The notes: generated by a model not told the origin, from the letters alone. 64,000 nucleotides of DNA from an archaeon (GCA_018693315.1 JABHLR010000005.1:97049-161048), one strand, 5' to 3'. Counted from the stretch's first letter, positions 36,617-44,472 are shown. Numbers and translations are program-made.

Positions 36617-36964
36617 CTAGATCTCCTTATCTAGGGGTTGTGGCGATTCGGCTACGCGGTTCGTTGTTGCGCTCGCCGAGCTGGTATATCTTTTTGCGTC
36701 ATAGGACAGATATGATTTTCCTGCCCAGATGACTGCTACGAGCGCTAGGGTTGATATTACTCCTAAGGCTGTGTACTGGACGCGCTCTCTGCCCAGGACG
36801 ATTACGTGGCGGAAACATGCGACTGCGAGTGCGGCCATAATGAGACCCAGTGTGACGATTGCCGCGAATTGTACAGATCCGCAAGGGCCCGATATACAGA
36901 GCACAAAGAAGAAAAGGAATACGGCAATCCCGGCGAGTACTGCGGTTGTTTTGAAGCTATTCAT
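36617..36964 (-). CDS. membrane protein (3-4 TM)
   Basis: GAAAGGAG 6 nt before the ATG. The 28-nt translation-initiation region is nearly identical to that of 40948..41382. Confidence 0.65.
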   Translation of the reverse strand: MNSFKTTAVLAGIAVFLFFFVLCISGPCGSVQFAAIVTLGLIMAALAVACFRHVIVLGRERVQYTALGVISTLALVAVIWAGKSYLSYDAKRYTSSASATTNRVAESPQPLDKEI

Positions 36965-37011
36965 GGCATTCTCCTTTCATGAGGTTGCCAATTTTAGTGA
37001 TTGTAGCACAT

Positions 37012-37055
37012 GGGTACCCCAACGGTGAGTTGTTGAGGTACCCATCTGCGGTGCG
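37012..37055 (-). repeat. partial copy (distal hairpin only) of the ~140-bp leader element
   Basis: gggtaccccaacggtgagttgttgaggtacccatctgcggtgcg. 12-bp stem with 1 mismatch. Shares the GTTGAGGTACCCATCTGCGGT core with copies A-E. Confidence 0.7.
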
Positions 37056-37071
37056 ACCAGGACTAGTCAGG

Positions 37072-37863
37072 TTACTGGAGACTAACGGACCTTTCCGTAA
37101 CCTTGTCGATTTCTTCGACTATCTGCTCTAGAGACTTGATTGTCCTGCGAGGCATTCTCATTGCCTTCAGGCTTTTCTCTAAAACTTTTACTTCTTTTAG
37201 AAGCTCGATATCTTCTTTTTCGTTAACCAGAGCTTCTTCGGCAGCTTCGAGCAGGTTGACCTTGAGGTTTCTGCCGTTCTTGAGGATTTTTAGCGTCTCC
37301 TCGTCGGTGGTCTTTGCTATCTTGATGTTGTGCTTCTTCAGGTCTTCTTTTTGAGACTTAATGATAGCTTCTCGTTCTTTGACTACTGCTTCGCAGCTTT
37401 CGATTATTTCGTCGTAGATGGAAGTTGTATCGTTTTTGTCGATTTTCGGCTGGGTTGTTGCCGGGGGCCTGGTGCCTTTTATTGTTTTCCCGGTAAGTTC
37501 CATCGGAACGACGATTTCCATGATGGGTTCTTGAAACGACTTGGGGTCGGGGTTGTCGCTGACGTCGAAGATTCGGATTGTTTTCCCTCTTAGCTCTTTG
37601 TAGTGACCGAAGGTGTCCAGTGGCATGACCTTGAAGTACCAGTCTTTTACTTCTCCTTTGCCGTCGTTGCTCCATGCTTCGATCATTAAGGTGGATTTTC
37701 CGAAGTTTACGATTCGTCCTCCGTGACCGTAATTGAGGCTGGTGAGGGTGATGCCGATTTGGTCATCTCTGAAAACTTCCTGGTCTGCGCTGTCAGTTCT
37801 GTTGCATCCGGCGAACGCTGCTACGAGGCTCACACACACGATAAGTGTTGTTAGATTCTTCAT
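37072..37863 (-). CDS. lipoprotein with C-terminal coiled-coil region (263 aa)
   Basis: MKNLTTLIVCVSLVAAFAGC (lipobox FAGC). GAAAGGAC 6 nt before the ATG at 37863. K/E-rich helical C-terminus. Confidence 0.7.
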   Translation of the reverse strand: MKNLTTLIVCVSLVAAFAGCNRTDSADQEVFRDDQIGITLTSLNYGHGGRIVNFGKSTLMIEAWSNDGKGEVKDWYFKVMPLDTFGHYKELRGKTIRIFDVSDNPDPKSFQEPIMEIVVPMELTGKTIKGTRPPATTQPKIDKNDTTSIYDEIIESCEAVVKEREAIIKSQKEDLKKHNIKIAKTTDEETLKILKNGRNLKVNLLEAAEEALVNEKEDIELLKEVKVLEKSLKAMRMPRRTIKSLEQIVEEIDKVTERSVSLQ

Positions 37864-38010
37864 GGGTTTGTCCTTTCTGGACATTAAATATAGAGAGGGC
37901 CCGGGGCACCTAGCGGGAGGCTAGTATGAATGTGCGTCTGAGCCATCTCTGTTTGGGTGAGTTAATTCTTTCACGAGAGAGAATGTTTTGAAAACTGCTG
38001 GGGTTGTGGT

Positions 38011-39096
38011 TTAGATGTCGGTCATGATACATTCGGCGGGGGCCAAGAGCATGTATGAGAACTCATAATCCATGCTATCGGAAGTGTTGTCAAGGACTAC
38101 GAACGATTTCCCGTTGATTTCGACCGTGTTGCCGAATTCTACTTCTTTGTCTATTCTTTCTGGAAGCATAGGAATCTTTTTTGCTGTTGCGCAGTCAATA
38201 TGCTTTGCATATTTGAACACCGGAATTTCGAACACTTTGGGAACGTCGATTACCAGTGAGACTCCTGTGTTATGCGGCGGGGCGAGCTCGGGTTCCTCTT
38301 CTTGTGCTGCTCTGACGATTGAGGAGAGCGGGACAGGGCCGTTTTTTACGGGTGCAGCGGTAAAGCATTCGGTGAAAGCGGCGGCCAGTGCCTTTCCTTC
38401 ATCTGTTTCCAGATTGGCAAAACAGAGCGCCAAGCGGAGAAAGAAGTCTTTTACCGTTGCAATTAGAGGCCAATTACGATATAACATGATATTGTCCTTT
38501 GCGAAAGATTGTCTGTTTTTTGTGGAAGTGCCGGCGCTGAATACTGCCATTATGATGCGCTCTAATGCTTGACAGATGGAATCTGTATCTTCATCAGAGA
38601 CACTCAGTAAGGCATCAATCGCGTTCATCCCACTCGTGTCTATTGGAATTTGAATGAATTTTACAAGTTCTTCGCCGCCTTCGCTTTTGAAGTATTCTCT
38701 TGTTAGTTCTTCGTCATCGCATGCACATGTGGCATAAACTTCGCCATTCTTTGTTTCCAGTATTGCAACGTTGATCGTTTCGCATTTCTGAGGTTCTTGT
38801 TGATTGTTTGGTTCGTTACGTTTCGGAACTTCCTGTTCCACATCTTCCTGTTTGCTGGTGTCGTTCATGACATCCGTTGCCCTTGTCACAGTTCTACCTC
38901 TCTCTTGTGTTGTGCCTAAGAGAAAGGTGACATTCTGTCCTTGGAAGAGCTCAATATTATCATGAGTGGATCCTACCTCAACTCTCTTGTCATTGAGTTC
39001 TTCCTGCCTAGAGTCTTTGATTCTAACTTTCCAGACCCATTTACCGCCTTTTTTGTCTTTGCCTAGTACGAAGCCTTTTATTCTTGCCTGTTCCAT
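38011..39096 (-). CDS. hypothetical protein (361 aa), largest island ORF
   Basis: Preceded by leader copy A with AGGAG 8 nt before the ATG. No motif recognised. Confidence 0.65.
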   Translation of the reverse strand: MEQARIKGFVLGKDKKGGKWVWKVRIKDSRQEELNDKRVEVGSTHDNIELFQGQNVTFLLGTTQERGRTVTRATDVMNDTSKQEDVEQEVPKRNEPNNQQEPQKCETINVAILETKNGEVYATCACDDEELTREYFKSEGGEELVKFIQIPIDTSGMNAIDALLSVSDEDTDSICQALERIIMAVFSAGTSTKNRQSFAKDNIMLYRNWPLIATVKDFFLRLALCFANLETDEGKALAAAFTECFTAAPVKNGPVPLSSIVRAAQEEEPELAPPHNTGVSLVIDVPKVFEIPVFKYAKHIDCATAKKIPMLPERIDKEVEFGNTVEINGKSFVVLDNTSDSMDYEFSYMLLAPAECIMTDI

Positions 39097-39238
39097 TGCC
39101 TTTTCTCCTGTCTTGGGATCCTACCTGGATCCGGCCTTCCATGTGCTTTTCTCCGGACTTTGGACCGGTACATCCAAACATATGGACGTAGTGCATTAAT
39201 ACCCCAACTATGAGAGCTGTTGAGGTACCCATCTGCGG
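39097..39238 (-). repeat. ~140-bp hairpin-rich leader element, copy A
   Basis: Spans from the start codon of 38011..39096 to the stop codon of 39239..39526. Contains the GGATCC-N5-GGATCC, ACGTCCA/TGGATGT and TACCTCAAC/GTTGGGGTA stems (minus strand). Confidence 0.9.
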
Positions 39239-39526
39239 TTATTCTATGTCTATCTCTTGGGCGACTTTTCGTGTTCCACATTTGAAGAGAATTCTTGCAT
39301 CATCTTCACTGAACATCTTAATAAGCTCTTGCTTGTCTCCTGCTCCTTCGACGAATAGGAGACCTGTTTCTTCGTTTTTCCCGTCTGTGCCGAATGCTAT
39401 TTCCACGCCGGCAGGGTTGATGAAGCGGATACTACGGGCTTCACCAGGATTATCGTTCTCTTCTATTCTGATGCAATCCGCTAGGCGCATTTGTGCTGTT
39501 TCGACTGTCAGTTCGCTCGTTTTCAT
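39239..39526 (-). CDS. hypothetical protein (95 aa), paralogue of 40515..40796
   Basis: Start set at MKTSELTVE (GAAGGA upstream). The longer ORF-track N-terminus only translates the repeat. Core ADCIRIEE..NPGEARSIRFINPAGVEIAFGTDG is shared with the paralogue. Confidence 0.65.
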   Translation of the reverse strand: MKTSELTVETAQMRLADCIRIEENDNPGEARSIRFINPAGVEIAFGTDGKNEETGLLFVEGAGDKQELIKMFSEDDARILFKCGTRKVAQEIDIE

Positions 39527-39668
39527 GATTAAATCCTTCATTTTGGAATCCTTCCTGGATTCGGCCTTCCATGTGTCTTTTATCCGGACTTTGGACCGGT
39601 ACATCCAAACATATGGACGTAGTGCATTAATACCCCAACTATGAGTTGTTGAGGTACCCATCTGCGGT
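39527..39668 (-). repeat. ~140-bp leader element, copy B
   Basis: Same element. The proximal stem carries a compensatory pair change (GAATCC/GGATTC instead of GGATCC/GGATCC). Confidence 0.9.
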
Positions 39669-39783
39669 GCGGCGAATGAGGTTGCAGATCTAAAGGAGTT
39701 GGTTTCTTTGAGATACAATGCGGACCGAGCTTCCTTAGCAAGCGTTACTCACTATTGTAGCTCGGTTCTAAGAACTCATGAAC

Positions 39784-39939
39784 CTAGTAGCTGCACCGGT
39801 TCATTGCAATTCCTAGATCATGTGTGAATGATTTTGTTGATTTGTAGTAAAGTATGACTGCTGCAATCGCAATGCCAGTCAAACCAAAAATTGCTACAAA
39901 TACCAAACCATTCATAACCGGCGTAACCCATTTAATCAT
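39784..39939 (-). CDS. small single-TM protein (51 aa)
   Basis: Hand translation: MIKWVTPVMNGLVFVAIFGLTGIAIAAVILYYKSTKSFTHDLGIAMNRCSY. CAGGAG lies 6 nt upstream, inside leader copy C. An ACCGAGCT/AGCTCGGT hairpin follows the stop. Confidence 0.5.
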   Translation of the reverse strand: MIKWVTPVMNGLVFVAIFGLTGIAIAAVILYYKSTKSFTHDLGIAMNRCSY

Positions 39940-40079
39940 TTTTGACTCCTGTCTTGGGATCCTTCCTGGATCCAGCCTTCCATGTGCTTTTCTCCGGACT
40001 GTGGACCGGTATAGCTACACAAGTAACTATAGTGCATTAATACCCCAACTATGAGAGCTGTTGAGGTACCCATCTGCGA
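39940..40079 (-). repeat. ~140-bp leader element, copy C
   Basis: Same flanks. The central stem is replaced by TATAGTTA/TAGCTATA, still base-paired (one G.U on the minus strand). Confidence 0.9.
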
Positions 40080-40367
40080 TTATGCTGCTTCTGACATTAG
40101 CGAATGAAATGCGAATTCGTTGGACATCTTTCCAATAAGTCTTTTAACGACCAAGGCTTCTTCGCGTTCGAGTTCGCCTGTCATTTTGTCGATGAGTCTT
40201 CGAACGGCTAAGGCGTCTTTGTAGAAAGAGAAGGTGATTTGTATAAGACCATCGACTTCTTCTACTCTGTGAATCTTACTTCTGATTTCTTCGTTAATCT
40301 TATCAATTGTTCCTTCTGTGCAGAACAGTTTGATTCCGACTGATACGGTGTTTGTGCTAATTAACAT
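40080..40367 (-). CDS. hypothetical protein (95 aa)
   Basis: AAAGGAAAG upstream of the ATG. Has an internal repeat ALAVRRLIDKMTGE / ALVVKRLIGKMSNE. Confidence 0.6.
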   Translation of the reverse strand: MLISTNTVSVGIKLFCTEGTIDKINEEIRSKIHRVEEVDGLIQITFSFYKDALAVRRLIDKMTGELEREEALVVKRLIGKMSNEFAFHSLMSEAA

Positions 40368-40510
40368 GATACTTTCCTTTTTCTTTGGATCCTACCTGGA
40401 TCCAGCCTTCCATGTGCCTTTTATCCGGACTGTGGACCGGTACAATTACACAAGTAATCGTAGTGCATTAATACCCCAATAAGAGTCTATTGGGATATCC
40501 ATCTGCGGTT
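40368..40510 (-). repeat. ~140-bp leader element, copy D
   Basis: Central stem ACGATTAC/GTAATTGT and distal stem CCCAATA/TATTGGG both differ in sequence from the other copies but stay complementary. Confidence 0.9.
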
Positions 40511-40514
40511 ATAT

Positions 40515-40796
40515 TTAGTCTACTTCTTGGACGACTTTTTTCGTTCCATATCCGAAGAGAATCCTGGCCTCATCACAATGGAAATCCCCGACGAGCTCTT
40601 CTTTCTCTCCTGTGCCTTGGACGAACAAGAGACCTGTGTCTTTGTCTTCCCCATCTGTGCCGAATGCTATTTCCACTCCGGCAGGGTTGATGAAGCGGAT
40701 ACTACGGGCTTCACCAGGATTACCATCTTCTTCTATTCTGATGCAATCTGCGAGGAGTTTTTGTGCTGTTTCTAGTGTTAGTTCTTTCGTTTTCAT
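40515..40796 (-). CDS. hypothetical protein (93 aa), paralogue of 39239..39526
   Basis: MKTKELTLETAQKLLADCIRIEEDGNPGEARSIRFINPAGVEIAFGTDG... The ATG at 40796 is preferred over the TTG at 40802. Confidence 0.65.
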   Translation of the reverse strand: MKTKELTLETAQKLLADCIRIEEDGNPGEARSIRFINPAGVEIAFGTDGEDKDTGLLFVQGTGEKEELVGDFHCDEARILFGYGTKKVVQEVD

Positions 40797-40941
40797 AATC
40801 AAATCTTTCTTTTTGGGATCCTACCTGGATCCAGCCTTCCATGTGCCTTTTATCCGGACTGTGGACCGGTACAACCAAACATATGGTTGTAGTGCATTAA
40901 TACCCCAACTATGAGAGCTGTTGAGGTACCCATCTGCGGTT
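40797..40941 (-). repeat. ~140-bp leader element, copy E
   Basis: Central stem ACAACCA/TGGTTGT is perfect and differs from copy A by a compensated pair. Confidence 0.9.
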
Positions 40942-40947
40942 TGGCGA

Positions 40948-41382
40948 TTAGGACTCGGTGGATACGTCATCGGGCTTTTCGGCGGGGGGGAAGCAGGTCG
41001 CACCAATTAAGGCTTCCATCGTATTGTCTCTGAACAGGGCTTTTACGATGACACTAGCGAGCGCTGTTGCTGCGTTCGGAGTGGGAAGGCAGTTGCTTGC
41101 CACGAGTGCTTCGGGCACGATTTCGCCGATGCTTTCGAGCATTTCCTTATCGGAGGGTACTGATGCCTCTCGTCCTTTTTTCGGAGAGGTGGATGCAAGT
41201 GCTGAGACAAGGTGCGAACTCCAGCCCGTGAGCATTTCTGCCAAGAAAGGCGCGGCTTTTTCTGCAATGGCCAGGGATATGTCTTCATTGAAGGGGTTGT
41301 CTCCGTCCGCGTTTTCTTCCTTGATTCCTTGTTGCAGCGATACGATAGTGAAGCTTGTCAGAATTTTTCGATCGTTTGTCAT
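40948..41382 (-). CDS. hypothetical protein (144 aa), first gene of the island
   Basis: GAAAGGAG 6 nt before the ATG. No motif recognised. Confidence 0.6.
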   Translation of the reverse strand: MTNDRKILTSFTIVSLQQGIKEENADGDNPFNEDISLAIAEKAAPFLAEMLTGWSSHLVSALASTSPKKGREASVPSDKEMLESIGEIVPEALVASNCLPTPNAATALASVIVKALFRDNTMEALIGATCFPPAEKPDDVSTES

Positions 41383-41649
41383 GGCGTTCTCCTTTCAAGA
41401 GGTTGCCGGGTTTTTGTCAATAGAACACCATATATGGGTATTCCGGTTTGTTTTTGTTAATAAGACAGTAGCGGAGCTATAGAATTTTTGTTTAATGGAA
41501 ACCTATTCCGTGAAAACTTGTGGTTCTCATAGGGTATTCCTTTGTATTTGTATATCCACGATGTGTTTTTGGTGTGTCAATAAAATTCGGCGTGATGTCG
41601 AATTTGTTGTCTATGTATTCTGTGGATAAAGGGTTATTTGTGAATGTGA

Positions 41650-43614
41650 TTAGTTGGATAGTCGTATTAGTTTCTTCCAACCTTTGTCGTATTTTACTTC
41701 TTCAATTTTGATTAGTCCTTTTTCGTTTAGACCCTTTTTCGCGTTCGTTCCTTTTCTTGCTGAAAGACCGATTTGTCGGTATACCTCAGTTGTACTTAGG
41801 GTGTGATTTGGGTTTTTTTGCAAGAATTCCATGAAGACTTGCTCATCAGTATTTAGCTCTGAATGTACTCCCTTTTTAGTGACATCATTCCTTTTAAATG
41901 TTACTACTAGTTGGTTCTCAAACGCCTTGTTGATAGCTGTCATAATATCTGAGGATGTGTAATTTCCTTGCGCCTTACTCTTTTCTAATGTGTTTTCAAT
42001 GTCTTTCAGATCTATTCCTGCCTTTGTGTGGTCGACGATAAAGTCGTGTAGTGTTTGCTGGACTTCTGTTAGATTGATCTCTGGCTTGGATTCGATGATT
42101 GGATTCTCAGTTGGCTTAGATTCAAATATATCTTGCTTTGTTTTTATTGTTTTTGGTTCGACTGGTTTTGCCACTACCTCTTTGGGTTTTTCGATTGCTT
42201 TGTTGAATTCTGGGTCTATTTCCTTCTCGTACTCTTGGTTCATTATCATTGCTTGCATTCTTGATTTGATGTCTTCGTCTGTTATGTCTTTTTTTCGTGT
42301 TTCTACGTAAGGGACTTCGATTAAGAAAGGAGAGGTATACCGCTCTGATAGCTTTACGATCGCTGTTCCTACTTGTAGTGCGGAGAAGTAGTGTTTATTT
42401 TCTCTTAGACTCATAATTTCGCTTATGTCGTAAATATCTTGAGGTAGCTGTTGCTGGAATGCGATGTGACATGCGGAGTTACCTTTAACTGTGTCGGAGA
42501 TTTTTGAGATATGTTGGTCTAGACAGACTAAACTTGTTCCATACTCTCGCATCTCTCGGTAAATCATGTCGGTTGTGGACTCGTTTGTAAAGTTTGTTGG
42601 CTTATTTAGGAAGATATTATGCGCCTCGTCGACGATGATTGCGTGATCAAAACCGTTGCTTGCATAGTTTTGTCGTGCCTTTTTCATCTTATAGATATAT
42701 GTTAAAACAAATTCACAGAAGAATTTCTTTTCGATTCCACCGAGTGAGTTCAGTTCCATAACTACTTTTTTGTCTAATAGTTCTTCGACTGAAACACTAT
42801 TTTCACCTTTGTAGTTTACAGTTTTACCAAATTCACCAAATGTCATAACTGTTGCGATTCTTATTGCGGATTCCAACCATCCTGCTTCTCGTCCGCCCAC
42901 CTTGTCAACTTTCTCTTCTAGTCTCCATTTGATATGGTTCCATGTTGGGTAGTTTTCTGATCCGTTGTAGATTCCCCATTCTTTGAAGGACTGGTCTAGT
43001 GTTTCTAGGATTACTTTATGGACACCGAACGATGCGGAAAAACTTTCAGTTAGTAAATCTGCTAGAACGTTGATCCATTCTTTTGGGGCTACACCTTTTG
43101 GGGGTTGGTTTATGTTTGTTTTAAATAGGTTGGATACTTTGTCCTCACCGACGGTAAAAGTCATGATTGAGTTGTCGTCTGCTGAAAGTGGCCGGAATGA
43201 TTTCTTCCAATCGAAGATCAGGTACGGTTTATTTTTCTTATTTAGCGCTTCGACTATTTTGAAGGCGAAAGTTGTTTTACCGGAACCGGACATTCCTGTG
43301 ATACAGATATGTCGTGGCCAATCTTTTTCTCTTAGGTTGAAGTCGAACATTTTTCTTTGTGCGTAACTGATTGTTGCAAGTGTGTAATCTCCGTCAATTA
43401 CGCCTGCTCTTGGGGGTTCTAGTAAAACTCCTTTGTCTAGTAATTGATTTAGATGTTTTTGGTATAATGCGTTTAGAATGTGTTCGATTTCTTCTCGTTC
43501 TTCTCGGCCGTCTGCTACGGTATACTGGAAATACATCTGATCTACTTTCTCGCCGAAAACAGGTCTAAGTTTGTTACAGATTTCTTCTACGGTTAGGGGT
43601 TTTTGGAATACCAT
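41650..43614 (-). CDS. HerA/FtsK-superfamily P-loop ATPase (DUF87-like) with C-terminal winged-helix-like domain
   Basis: Walker A GMSGSGKTT, Walker B AIIVDEAHN. C-terminus LSTTEVYRQIGLSARKGTNAKKGLNEKGLIKIE. Host-like AT-rich composition. Confidence 0.8.
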   Translation of the reverse strand: MVFQKPLTVEEICNKLRPVFGEKVDQMYFQYTVADGREEREEIEHILNALYQKHLNQLLDKGVLLEPPRAGVIDGDYTLATISYAQRKMFDFNLREKDWPRHICITGMSGSGKTTFAFKIVEALNKKNKPYLIFDWKKSFRPLSADDNSIMTFTVGEDKVSNLFKTNINQPPKGVAPKEWINVLADLLTESFSASFGVHKVILETLDQSFKEWGIYNGSENYPTWNHIKWRLEEKVDKVGGREAGWLESAIRIATVMTFGEFGKTVNYKGENSVSVEELLDKKVVMELNSLGGIEKKFFCEFVLTYIYKMKKARQNYASNGFDHAIIVDEAHNIFLNKPTNFTNESTTDMIYREMREYGTSLVCLDQHISKISDTVKGNSACHIAFQQQLPQDIYDISEIMSLRENKHYFSALQVGTAIVKLSERYTSPFLIEVPYVETRKKDITDEDIKSRMQAMIMNQEYEKEIDPEFNKAIEKPKEVVAKPVEPKTIKTKQDIFESKPTENPIIESKPEINLTEVQQTLHDFIVDHTKAGIDLKDIENTLEKSKAQGNYTSSDIMTAINKAFENQLVVTFKRNDVTKKGVHSELNTDEQVFMEFLQKNPNHTLSTTEVYRQIGLSARKGTNAKKGLNEKGLIKIEEVKYDKGWKKLIRLSN

Positions 43615-43616
43615 GT

Positions 43617-44051
43617 TTAATCAGATAGAATTTTTCCAAGCATTTCTGCACGGCTTTCTTTTTCATTTAGCTCTTTGGAATTTTCTCGGAGCTCTTTTTT
43701 TAGTAATGCAATATCTCTCCAACATCCAATTTTTTCGTTAAGCTGTAGTTCTGAGATTTCGATTTGTTTCTTTCTTAACTCTGCCCTTTCTCGTGCAAAT
43801 TCTGAGTCATCCTCTCCTTTTGGTGCGTTTTCTAATAGAAAATTATGAATTTTATTTTTCATACCCTCGCCTTCTTTTACAAATTTCTTGCTTAGAATTT
43901 TTCGTTCGGTGATCATTTCATCTACTTCTACGATAAGATCTTTAAGGGAATCTACCTTTGCTTTTCCTACTGAATCGAATCCTTCAGACGTATTCCAGGT
44001 ATTCTCTGCGTCGTATTTCTGAGGTATTCCATTTTTATTCGGGTTTTCCAT
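43617..44051 (-). CDS. coiled-coil hypothetical protein (144 aa)
   Basis: Heptad-rich sequence. Its stop lies 2 nt before the ATPase start, so the two are probably co-transcribed. Confidence 0.6.
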   Translation of the reverse strand: MENPNKNGIPQKYDAENTWNTSEGFDSVGKAKVDSLKDLIVEVDEMITERKILSKKFVKEGEGMKNKIHNFLLENAPKGEDDSEFARERAELRKKQIEISELQLNEKIGCWRDIALLKKELRENSKELNEKESRAEMLGKILSD

Positions 44052-44169
44052 CTAGAATGGTGCTATTTTTGGTTTATAAATCTTTCTATTGTTGTTACTT
44101 TGTAGTTGAGACAGAATTGGCTGTTTGATTGAGCGAAAAGGTTATAACTGCGTTTTTATTCTTTTGGTG

Positions 44170-44472
44170 ATGGAACTTGATGATTTGAGGGGGAGGATTG
44201 ATGTGCTTGATGAAGGGATTATTGAGTTGCTTGCTGAGCGGGCCAAGGTTGTTTGTGAGATTAAGGGGTATAAGGATAGTAACGGTTTGGGGATTTTGGA
44301 TGAGGACAGGGAGAATAATGTTTTTGAGGGTGTGAGGAATTTAGCGAGGGAGAATGGATTGGATGAGGATTTTATTGAGAGGGTTTTTCGTGAGGTGGTT
44401 GCTGAGTCTAAGAAGATGCAGTGCTCATTGAAGGACGAGGATGTCTCTGGAGATGAATTGATCCTTTCGTGA
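44170..44472 (+). CDS. chorismate mutase (AroQ class)
   Basis: LDDLRGRIDVLDEGIIELLAERAKVVCEIKGYK...FIERVFREVVAESKKMQ fits the AroQ helical bundle. Start set at MELDDL. Confidence 0.75.
   Translation: MELDDLRGRIDVLDEGIIELLAERAKVVCEIKGYKDSNGLGILDEDRENNVFEGVRNLARENGLDEDFIERVFREVVAESKKMQCSLKDEDVSGDELILS

Larger units (their letters stand above)
25991..41481 (-). other. compositionally foreign, bacterial-style island (~15.5 kb), all genes co-oriented on the minus strand
   Basis: Abrupt shift to higher G+C by eye at both ends. Uniform GAAAGGAG SD boxes, lipoboxes, a PEP-CTERM tail, hairpin+U terminators and a bacterial-type tRNA-like gene. No host-like genes inside. Confidence 0.8.

Noticed and set aside
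39097-40941. The regularly spaced repeats considered as a CRISPR array.
   Set aside because: The repeat unit is about 140 bp and internally hairpin-rich, far longer than CRISPR repeats. The roughly 290-bp spacers are SD-preceded ORFs. No cas genes are present.
39097-40941. A classical integron cassette array (attC sites).
   Set aside because: No intI or attI is present in the window. I could not find a convincing R''/R' (RYYYAAC/GTTRRRY) pair at the element ends, although CCCCAAC...GTTGAGG is suggestive. The element also includes the SD and start context of the downstream gene. I kept this only as a minor alternative in the finding.
39041-41006. ORFs translating the 140-bp repeats: 39041..39232, 39078..39281, 40821..41006, 39210..39644, 40612..40914, and the N-terminal extension of 39239..39718.
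   Set aside because: The apparent conservation (e.g. SHSWGINALRPYVWMYRSKV) comes from the repeated DNA itself. There is no conserved start codon, frames differ between copies, indels break the frames, and base-pair covariation fits a structured nucleic acid better.
25991-41481. UGA-recoded (code 4/25-like) reading of the island, prompted by the UCA tRNA-like gene.
   Set aside because: Where I checked, TGA-terminated ORFs are followed by a terminator hairpin, as at the 26074 stop. Reading through the TGA I tested (33102 region) adds only a few codons before a TAA. The short ORF lengths are explained by genuine tight packing.
25991-41481. The island considered as a prophage or conjugative element.
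   Set aside because: I could recognise no integrase, terminase, capsid, portal, relaxase or type IV secretion motifs. Only small envelope proteins are present. This cannot be excluded without profile searches, so it is kept as one hypothesis rather than called.
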